Assembly (NCBI GenBank): GCA_964016885.1
Contig: OZ024751.1
Coordinates: forward strand, 9,610,001-9,674,000
Length of the DNA: 64,000 nt
Direction of reading: 5' to 3'
Origin: Eledone cirrhosa
Lineage: Eukaryota
Of this stretch, positions 53,910 to 64,000 are shown one piece after another (the stretch's first letter is position 1; every line of letters begins with the position of its first letter). The translations under genes and the position numbers were made by a program. The notes beneath the pieces were generated by a model, which saw only the letters and a program-made list of their open reading frames with translations, had not been told where the DNA came from and searched no databases.

Positions 53910-56900
53910 GAAACCCACCAATGGTCGGAGAGATGGATCACCCACCCACTTCCTAAAAAAGAGCCACAGGTAATTTTTGTACCTCCCCCCTCTTACTTGT
54001 TTCCTCCTATCTTAGCCAACATGGATTCTCTCAGGGGGTCGTCTTGGAAGCAGAGCCACCCGCAAACGATCTCAGGTCGCTAAACATAGATGTGGTGGCC
54101 ACCAGCGAGACCAGAATCTCCGAGGCAGGGCCATTCGCACCCATTTTCGGCGGCTACGAGGTGCACACATCTCCAAGCCGTCCCGGATTGGGGGAGGGGA
54201 GGGGAGTGGCCGTGTTGTTCCGGAGAAGTCTGGATTTCGAGATACTGGACCCAGTGGGTAAGTTGGTGGTACTGGACGTGACCAGGGGAGAAGAACAAGC
54301 TTTCAGGCTAGTAGCCGCCTAGGCTCCAAGAGGAGCAGGACGGCCTGAATTCTTCCGGCGTCTGGAGACCTTTCTTGGAACGTCCCGCTCTCTAGTGTTA
54401 GTGGGCGACTGGAACGGGATCTTAGATGCACGCTGGGATTGTGTGGGATTAGCGGATAGGGGAGGAGGGTGTAAAAGCCTCACAAACCTACTCAAGCGTT
54501 TTCAACTGTCGGACTGGTACCGATTGGATTTCCCGAATGTGCCAATGTGGACTTGGACAAACCTCATCGGGACATCCAGATCATATCTAGATAAAATATT
54601 TTGTAGGGAAATAGATAGGTCTAGCATAGGCTGTCCACGATTCAAGATAGTCAAATACACGGACCACAAATTCGTGATCTGTGTGATTGACTTAGATAGA
54701 CTTCATAGACAGGAACCCAGCTACTGGAAGCTAAACGCGTCATTAACAGCGCGTAAAGCATACAGAGACTGTATTAGTGGACTAGTTAAGCGGGCGTTGA
54801 CGGGGGCCATCGTCAACAACAAATGGTGGTTTGCTCTGAAAAGAGCGATTAGAATAGAGTCCATCAGGTTTAGTAAGGCTTTAGCAATAGAGAAAGATAG
54901 AGCAGAGGGAGAATTGGTTAGAAAATTAGACGAGGCGCTTAGCAAAGGCATCACGACCGACGTACTTGCGGCCAAATTGGCCCTTGACCAATTCTTCAAT
55001 GCAAAGCACGAAGCCTGCGTTGTCAGAGCTAGGGTGCGTGCTCTCAGACACGAGAGGACGAAAGCCGTTCAATGGGCCCGAGAGGCGGAGGCGCGTCGTG
55101 GCAAGAAAGCCACGATACGGTCTTTGGTGGACGACGACGGGCGCATGCTGCTCGATCTGTTCGGGGGCAGATGCGGGCCGAATCGAGGGATGGACTTTAG
55201 TGCCTACCTCGACGGACTGCCGCGGCTCTCGGCCTCTGAGGCGGAGTGTTACGAAAAGCCGATAACAGAAGCTGAAGTACGGGAGGCAATGACTGGCTGC
55301 ACAAGGAGTAAATCGCCTGGTTTGGATGATCTGCCCTATGAACTTTACGTACAGATGCCAGACTTGTTCGGAGGCCTCTTGGTGGACGTCTACAGCAATG
55401 GCAACAGAACGGGAGAATTCCCAGCTCTGTGAGCCGAGGAGCGGTGGCGCTGCTGAGAAAGGATCCGAACAAGGGGAATAACATAGATAATTTCAGGCCC
55501 ATAACTCTGCTAAACACAGAGTTCAAGATTTTGGTGCTAACAAAGAGGTTGGCGCTTGTCGTTGGTGGTCTGGTGGGAGAGGTTACCTCTTGTGATACAT
55601 CGTGGAGAGGGTACCTAGGGAACCTGACACGAGTGGGTCCTTGATCAATTTAGATCTGTCGAAAGCTTTCGATAGAGTCGCCATCGTTATCTGGCGGCAG
55701 TCCTGAGGGCGGCTGGCTTTGGGCCCGTCTTTAGGGCTGGATCGCTGCCATGCACAGCGACATCTGCACTGTGGTGAGAGTGAACGGTCACCTTTCGGAA
55801 CCGTTCAACATCATGCGCTAGGTCTGCCAAGGATGTCCCCTCTCGTCCCTCTTGTACGTATTGACTCTCGAGCCATTACTGCACAAACTGGAGACGTTGA
55901 GTGGGTCCCGCGCGAAATAGGATGCGGAAGATCCGTGTCAGCATATGCGGACGATGTCATCGTAGTGGTGTCGAACGCCAAACACATCGAGGCGATCGGC
56001 ACTACACTAAGAGAATACGAAGCTGTGACAGGAGCAATGATCAACCAGGAAAATTCGGTGGGCCTGCAGCTCGGCACCTGGAGAGGCAAGTCCATGCCGT
56101 CCAACAGAGTCGTCGGGCGCTGGACGGACGGACCGTTTATTGCTAGGTGTATAGTTCGGTCCGGACCTCCAGACGGACAAAAACTGGGATGAAGTGACGA
56201 GCAGGGTAGCTTCTCTCACCCAGAAATGGGCAGAGAGGAAGCTATCCCTGAAAGGTCGAGCGAAGGTGGCTAATACGTACATCGCGTCCGTCATCTACTA
56301 CCGCCTGACCGTCGTACCTTGTCCTAAGCCTCGCCTGACTGCGCTGGAGCGTTTGCTCTTTCTCTTTTTGTGGTATGGATGCGCTCTGATGGTCAGGCGG
56401 TCCATCTGCTGTCAAAACCCGCTACGTGGAGGGCTTGGCATGCCGTGGCTGATGATGCGCAGACACGCGCTCAGACTACGACATCTCCACCTCTTCCTCG
56501 ACGATGATCAGGTGTGGTCGCCGTTTGATAGACGCGTCTTTCCTCAGCTCGTCTCCTTGACGGAGCTGCAGTCTAGGGTCAAGCGAAGACCGAAAGAGAG
56601 CGCTTGGAGACAGGAATGTCTTCAGGTGCTCACAGCCCTCGACCAGTCAAACAATGTGATCGGTGGAAACTCCACCTTGGCGTTCAATAGAGGATTAATG
56701 GAGTGGAAGAGTGACGACGTACTTGGAGAAATTCTAGGCGTCGACGAAAGTTAACTAGCCAATCTCTTCGGAAGAACTTTCGGGCCGGGGCCTATGGACA
56801 ATTTCCAGAAATCTCTGGCCTGGCAGTGCTACCGAGGAGCTTTGCCAGTTATTAATAAACTCTACGGGCATGGAAGTGCCGTCAGCGGGCGACGAAACCG

Positions 56901-57512
56901 TCCTGCACGCATTCGTCCAGTGTTCGAGCATTGCTGACTTGTGGATTTATGTCGAACACCTGCTGTCGCGTGGAGAACGGATCCGGCTATCAGCTGAGTC
57001 CATCGTGAGGATTGCCCCGCCCTCTTCTTTTAGCTGGGAAGGGCAGGCAGTTTTTATCTGTCTGGTGGCCATGGTGAAAGAGATAGTATGGTGGACGCGT
57101 CTGAAAGGGCTGATGCCCTGATTAACCTTTTCAAATTTCATTTGAAAAGGAAAATCAGGGTAGAGAGGGAAGTGCTCTCTTCCCAGCATTTTGTTGAAAA
57201 ATGGGTGAGAGAGGCAAGAATGGCCTGTGTGAATGTGCCTACTCCGAGTATGTTTCTGTAAATTGAAGTTGGAAAACTGGGAGAGGGCACTTGCCCTGGT
57301 GGTCAGCGTCGCCGTGGCTTTTTTTAATGGGCTTTCTCCACGATGGCTCTCGGAAGTCTCTCCTCTACTGGGGAATTTTTCATTGTTCCTTTTTTTGTTA
57401 CATCATCTGTTTTTGTTTTTTTACACGCAGAAATACCCATTTGTACCGTCCTGTATTGTCCTGTACTGTCCTTAATGTCTTACTTTGTATAAACCCTTGT
57501 GGTTAATAAAGA
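53910..57512 (+). mobile_element. Tx1/L1-type LINE (ORF2 APE + RT, decayed; ORF1 absent)
   Basis: DVVATSETR, LVGDWNG, SYLDKI, YTDHK, YWKLNAS, RPITLLN, AYADDV, HAFVQC; AATAAA near 57505. Confidence 0.92.
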
Positions 57513-57527
57513 AAGCATTACTATTAT

Positions 57528-57725
57528 TATAAAAAAGGACGATTCGTTACGTCTTCATTGCATTTATTGAGTAGTGGCGCATGTTTCACTATTGATCAGC
57601 TCAAGGTTTGATCTGTATTGATCTAGCCAGACTCTAGAATCAAAAGCTTCTCGGACCTCTGCTGTGGTAATGACAGAATCACTACTCAATAAACGTAATG
57701 GAGACATAACAAATCGTCCTTTTTA
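57528..57725. repeat. Imperfect inverted repeat of about 48 bp with a spacer of about 100 bp
   Basis: AAAAAAGGACGATTCGTTACGTCTTCATTGCATTTATTGAGTAGTG versus CACTACTCAATAAACGTAATGGAGACATAACAAATCGTCCTTTTT. Confidence 0.75.
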
Positions 57726-57826
57726 TTATAATTATAATTACACTCTGCTTAGTTTTCCACCTCTATACCGACTGGAAACTATGCATGAAGTGCTCCCTCT
57801 GGTGAACCTACAGTAACGGGACGTAA

Positions 57827-57985
<159 letters not shown>

Positions 57986-58208
57986 ATATATTATATATAT
58001 ATATATATTATATATATATATATATATATAATATATATATATATATTGTTATACTTTGGGAGGGTCATGTTGCCAATAAGAAACACACGCACCAGTTGCT
58101 TTCACTTCAATTTATTATATATTTATAAATTTATAAATTTACAAATCTACAAACTTATAAATTTCTGGTTGGTTGGTTGGTTCCACAACCAGATAGTTGT
58201 TTATATAT

Positions 58209-58253
58209 AGTCATAGTCCTTTCGTCACACATTCTGTGACCTCTTCAGTGACT
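58209..58253 (-). ncRNA. Minimal type I hammerhead ribozyme (inverted copy)
   Basis: Exact reverse complement of 58359-58403. Confidence 0.72.
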
Positions 58254-58358
58254 GGGGATTCCTTTCTTCGTTTCTGTGCCTTTCCTTTCTTCTGTCCTAC
58301 GCCAAAATGGCGTAGGACAGAAGAAAGGAAAGGCACAGAAACGAAGAAAGGAATCCCC

Positions 58359-58403
58359 AGTCACTGAAGAGGTCACAGAATGTGTGACGAAAGGACTATG
58401 ACT
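58359..58403 (+). ncRNA. Minimal type I hammerhead ribozyme
   Basis: AGTCA CTGAAGA G GTCAC AGAATGT GTGAC GAAA GGACTA TGACT; CUA site. Confidence 0.72.
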
Positions 58404-58623
58404 ATATATAAACAACTATCTGGTTGTGGAACCAACCAACCAACCAGAAATTTATAAGTTTGTAGATTTGTAAATTTATAAATTTATAAATATATAATAA
58501 ATTGAAGTGAAAGCAACTGGTGCGTGTGTTTCTTATTGGCAACATGACCCTCCCAAAGTATAACAATATCGGTTTCAACACACGATTTCAGATAAAGAAT
58601 CTTGCTAAACAAATTCAGAAACG

Positions 58624-58751
<128 letters not shown>

Positions 58752-58846
58752 TCTTTTTTACTCTTTTACCTGTTTCAGCCATCCGGCTGAGGCCATGCTG
58801 GGGCACCGCCCTTGTTGCTACACATTTTATCTCCAGCCTGTATATA

Positions 58847-58914
<68 letters not shown>

Positions 58915-58939
58915 TATATCTATATATATAATATATATC

Positions 58940-59003
<64 letters not shown>

Positions 59004-59052
59004 CTTGACCGACCAGTCTGTCGGGCGCCTTTCGGCGCCGCTGGTCACATTT

Positions 59053-59339
59053 GAAGGCGTATAGCTTAGTGGTTAGAGCATTGGGCTTGCAATCGAAAGG
59101 TTGTGAGTTCAATTCTCGGACCGGGTGATGTGTTGTTTCCTTGAGCAAGACACTTTATTTTACGTTGCTCCAATTTATTCAGCTGAAAATGAGTACCAGC
59201 AATAGCTAGAGGTTTAACGCTGCGATGGACTGGCGTCCTGTCCAGGGGGGAGTCTTGTGCTCTCAGTCGCTTCACGCCATGAAGCCGGGATAAGCACCGG
59301 CCAAATGAGCCTTCTGGCTTAAGACAGACTTTAGACTTA
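59053..59339 (+). mobile_element. tRNA-derived SINE family B, full length, ending in GACTTTAGACTTA
   Basis: A box TAGCTTAGTGG, B box GAGTTCAATTC, central CCTTGAGCAAGACACTTTA and GCGATGGACTGGCGTCCTGTCCAGGGG. Confidence 0.88.
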
Positions 59340-59391
59340 CGGCCTGCCCGCTCAACCAGTGGGATGGCGTCATCGTATGGCTAAAACAGCA

Positions 59392-59441
<50 letters not shown>

Positions 59442-59607
59442 ATGTAAGATATTTTATATTACAGATGGGTAACAATATTGGGAAAGGAAGTTAAAAATGT
59501 AACTGGAGTCTTTAAGAAGATTTATTAATTATAAATTTTCCAGTTTCACGTTTGTATGATTTTCAAAAGTTATGTAAAATGGAGTGATGTGTGGTGATTT
59601 GTCTTGC

Positions 59608-59689
<82 letters not shown>

Positions 59690-59999
59690 TTGTGTGTGTG
59701 TGTGTGTTTGTGTGAGTGGGTGTGTCAGTGTATGTCTCTATGTGTGTATGTGTGTGTGTTTTAATTTGCCATCAATAAGTAAACAGTAGTCTATACAAAT
59801 ATTAAATGTTATATATTTAGTCGACGCTGGCTCTCATACCAATATTTACTTGTCCTGTCTACAACTGAAGCTACATCAAAGTCAATACTATAGAAACATC
59901 AAAGTGTATGCAATTGTTAGGAGAAGATGGTCATCGTTGAATATAATAGCAAACCATAAACCAGATTTGTGTAAGTATATATGTGTATATAAATGGGTT

Positions 60000-60030
<31 letters not shown>

Positions 60031-60048
60031 ATGTGTGTATACACAGGC

Positions 60049-60118
<70 letters not shown>

Positions 60119-60412
60119 TGTGTGTGTTTATGTATGTATAAGTTCATGTATGTATAATATATATGTGTATTTATGTATAAGTGTATATATATATGTGTAA
60201 TATAAATGTGTATTTATGTATAAGTGTATATGTATGTGTAATATATATATATGTGTGTATGTATATGTGTGTTTATATATGTGTGTAAATGCGTGGATGT
60301 GTGAATGTGTGCGTGTAAGTTTCTATACTCGTTTGTATATGTGCATGTGTATATATGTATATACATATGTGTGTGCGTGTGTGTATATATATATATGTGT
60401 GTGTGCGTGTGC

Positions 60413-60466
<54 letters not shown>

Positions 60467-61009
60467 ATGTATGTGTGTGCGTGTATGTATCTACGTATTT
60501 ATATCTGTGAGTAGTGGAGAGTGAGTTCTATAACTTATTTACCTTCAAACTACATTATAAAGCTGAAATCAAATGATCACAAGAATTAATTTGCTAATTC
60601 AATATTGATTTCATACATATGTACAATTTATGAGCGAGAGTAGTTCTAAACATTTGTGACATCCGGATTTGTCATCCACAATGCCATAATCAGAGTAAGT
60701 GATTGTAAATGGCTCCAAACATTTTAACAGATAGGAATTTGTACTCAATACATAAACCAAATCTAATATATTTATTCGAATATGCTTCTCCAACCAAACA
60801 TTTACTCGTCCATTCTACTTGGGATGTGTAAGCTAGCGTCAATTTTACTGATTTGTTCTAAAGAAGAAGAGGTCCCTGTGTAATTTTATGTGATCCTTAT
60901 TTGAAATTAAAACATGTTGAGTGTTCATTAGTTTACGAGTGACATGTATGTATGTATGTATGTATGTATGTATGTGTGTGTGTATGTATGTGTGTATGTA
61001 TGTGTGTAT

Positions 61010-61203
61010 GTCGTGTCACTCTTGAGCGCTACTGGTAACATGTAACCCAGTACAACCTGTCGCATGGCCGTGTCGTCGGCGACTAAACCGACACTCCCAC
61101 CAAGTTTAGTAGGTGAGGAGGGTGATTTGGGACCCTGCAGGACAAAAATCACAACCTGACAAAGGGCGGAAAAACTCATGAAAGTTAACAGCCATCCCAA
61201 AAT
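61010..61203 (+). mobile_element. RTE-type 5' UTR fragment in (TATG)n
   Basis: Homologous to 2800-2990. Confidence 0.65.
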
Positions 61204-61739
61204 GTGTAAATATGTATATACATGTATGCATGTGTATCTTTGCCAACCCAAAGCAGCATGTGCATGCTGTTGCTTAATCTGATTATAACCTGGTGTCACA
61301 AAGTTCTACATGGTAACACTATGGTCAAGGCTACACCCATACTACACGTGTTACAGCAAATTATTAGCCTTCCTGTAGCACAACATCATTTTACTATATT
61401 CTTACATCAATGATTGTTTCTATAATGAAACATAAATTAGAGATTCAAACATCTGCAATATTTGTTAATACACTTTTGTTAACTTTTGTTAACAGACTTT
61501 CTTCTTCTTCTTCTTCTTCTTCTTCTTCTTCTTCTTCTTCTTCTTCTTCTTCTTCTCCTTCTTCACCCATGAGATATTGAAGTGTGGAACTCTGTATGAG
61601 GTTTGGCTAGCTTTAGCTTTTGCAATTATCTTAAGAAATCTCGTAGAAGGCAATTAAACAGTTAGATTCTTTTATTCACATCTACTAAACACTGGATTCA
61701 ATGTCTTCGTCATTTAGAATTATCTCCCATTATTTTAAA

Positions 61740-62790
61740 GGGCGGTGGATTGGCAGTATCGGTAGAGGGTCGGACGCCATACTTTGAAGCATAGAGTTAC
61801 CTCCCTGTATGATCTGAGTTCAAATCCCGCCGAGGTTAACTTTGCCTTTCATCCTTACGAGGTCGATAAAATAAAGTACCAGTAATGCACTGCGTGATTG
61901 CTGGCCTTGTGCCAAAAGTAGAAACAATTATTTTAAAGGGCGGTGAATTGGCAGTAAAGGTAGAGGGCTAGACGCCATGCTTTCTAGCATAGTTACGTCC
62001 CTTTACGGTCTGAGTTCAAATCCAGTCGAGGTTAAATTTGCCTTTCATCGTTACGGGGTCGATAAAATAAAGTACCGGTAATGTACTGGGTAATTTCTGG
62101 CCTTGTGCCAAAAGTAGAAACAATTATTTTAAAGTAAGTTGGATTGCCCGAATCTGTAGAATGTCGGACACCGTACTTTGCGGCAGAGAGTTACGGACCA
62201 TTACTTTCTGATATCGAATACCTCCTAGGTTAGCTTTGCCTTTTATCCTTATGGGGTCGATAAAATAAAGTACCAGACACACACTAGTGTCGATTTAATG
62301 GACTCCATCATAATTGCTGGCCTTGTGTCTAAATCAGCAACCATTCATTTAAAGCAATGGAATGGTAGTGGATTGGCAGTATCGGTAGAGCGTCGGACAC
62401 CCTGTTTTCGGCATAGAATTACGGCCCTTTACCTTCTGAGTTCAAATCCAACAGAGGTTAACTTTGCCTTTCATCCTTACAGAGTCAATAAAATAAAGTA
62501 CCAGTAACGCACTCGGGTCGATTTAATCGACTTCCGCCTCCCTCAAACTTGCTGGCCTTGTGCCTAAATCGAAGCCATTAGTTTAACGTAAGTTAAGGGC
62601 GGTGAATTGGCAGTCTCGGTAGAGGGTTGGACGCTATGCTTTCTAGCATAGTTACGTTTCTTTACAGTCTGAGTTCAAATCCCGTCGAGGTTAACTTTGC
62701 CTTTCATCCTTACGGGGGTCGATAAAATAAAGTACCAGTAATGTACTGGGTTATTGCTGGCCTTGTGCCAAAATTAGAAACAATTATTTT
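61740..62790 (+). mobile_element. Five head-to-tail SINE family A copies
   Basis: Copies at about 61740, 61938, 62139, 62367, 62597; TSD TTTAACGTAAGTTAA around the last. Confidence 0.92.
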
Positions 62791-63351
62791 AACGTAAGTT
62801 AATGATCTCATGCTGTCAGTTAAAAATGCTGCAATACCTATAAAACATGACAGATCTTAATTAATGCTAAAGGGTTTATTCTTTTTCACTCATTAGTCTT
62901 TCAACTTCAATTAACAAAAAATATTTTCAGCACACCACGGCAAGTATAATGACCTAGTCTTAGTTATGTTCTTCGCACAGAAGACCCCATTAGGATAGAA
63001 TACAGGACACACACACACACACAAGTATATATATATATATATAAATATATGTGTGTGTGTATGTGTGTGTGTATCTGTGACGGTGTGTGTTTGTCTGTAT
63101 GTGTGTCTGCATGTGTTAGTGTGAGTGTGTGTGAGTGTGTACCTATCCGACTATGTGTGTACCTGTCTGTCTATCTGTTTCTATTTGTGTGTGTGTTAAC
63201 AAGCATAATTACACCTTAAATCCATTCATCTTCGGATAACATACCGTTGGCCAGAAGGCTTTGACTTCATCAGATGGTATGGTACCCAACGTTCATGTGG
63301 GTGAGTATGGGTGATTCTTTGTATGTATGAATGTATGAAGGTATGTGTGTG

Positions 63352-63386
<35 letters not shown>

Positions 63387-63387
63387 A

Positions 63388-64000
63388 TCATCATCATCAT
63401 CATCATCAACGTTTAACATCCGTGTTCCACGCTTGCATGGGTTTGGATGGGGGTTTTCCCACTTGAGGCAAGAGTGGTTGTCTTGCTTGCATAGGACTGT
63501 CTGGCTGGTTTTCTACAGCTGGATACCTTTCCTAACACCAACCACATTTACAGTGTGGGGCTGGGAGGTTTTTACCGTGTTGCCTACACGGCCACATTAC
63601 AGCGTGGACTGTCTGGCGGGTTTTCTACAGCTGGATGCCCTTCCTAACACCAACCACATTTACAGTGTGGGGCTGGGAGGTTTTTACCGTGTTGCCTACA
63701 CGGCCACATTACAGCGTGGACTGTGTGTTTTTTTGTCGTGACACCTACACGATCTCATTTGTTTCGGCCTGGATGTTGTGGCACCAACATAACTTTACAT
63801 TGAAAGGGGCGGTGTGGATGGGGTGGGGGTGGTGGGACGGGGGTGTGTTTTTTTAGAGATGGCTACTGACTGTAGTAGGTTTTACTTTGTATTTAGGTAA
63901 GGCGGGTCTTCTCTATTACTGAGTACCGCCAAAGGTCTCGGTCCAGTGACATTGTCTTGGAGAGGTGTAAGCGTGTGAGGTCGGAATTTATCATGTCGTC
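63388..64000 (-). mobile_element. RTE-clade LINE 3' end with (GAT)n tail and an internal 112-bp tandem duplication; continues beyond the window
   Basis: Minus-strand DDMINSDLTRLHLSKTMSLDRDLWRYSV; duplicated units start at 63494 and 63606. Confidence 0.75.

Noticed and set aside
62951-62969. Isolated match to the 20-bp satellite unit (GTCTTAGTTATGT)
   Set aside because: A short, single, imperfect match that could occur by chance in AT-rich DNA
63222-63277. Hammerhead on the minus strand (CCAT CTGATGA..GAAG..ATGG)
   Set aside because: It lacks GAAA, a UH site and a paired stem II

Overview
Eukaryotic, AT-rich, repeat-dominated window. The SINE, LINE and microsatellite content suggests a cephalopod (octopus-like) genome; this is inference. 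Almost all ORF-track entries are microsatellite artefacts. Recognisable elements: a near-full-length Tx1/L1-type LINE (4.3-9.6 kb, minus) plus three related pieces, R4/Dong-type and CRE-type restriction-endonuclease LINE fragments, RTE fragments, a Penelope-like RT fragment, a decayed mariner, about 20 tRNA-derived SINEs, and a 7.8-kb 20-bp satellite that grows out of the 3' tail of a SINE. Many short non-coding elements sit in (TA)n tracts, carry hammerhead ribozyme motifs and are often fold-back palindromes. The most unusual signal is a structured RNA seen in two divergent copies (17.1-17.2 kb minus; 39.6-39.7 kb plus). It holds the hammerhead core nucleotides in a non-circularly permuted order, joined by a kink-turn and a pseudoknot, with compensatory base changes between the copies. 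A few plausible host exons lie on the plus strand. All structures were read by eye; none was computed or tested, and element boundaries are approximate.
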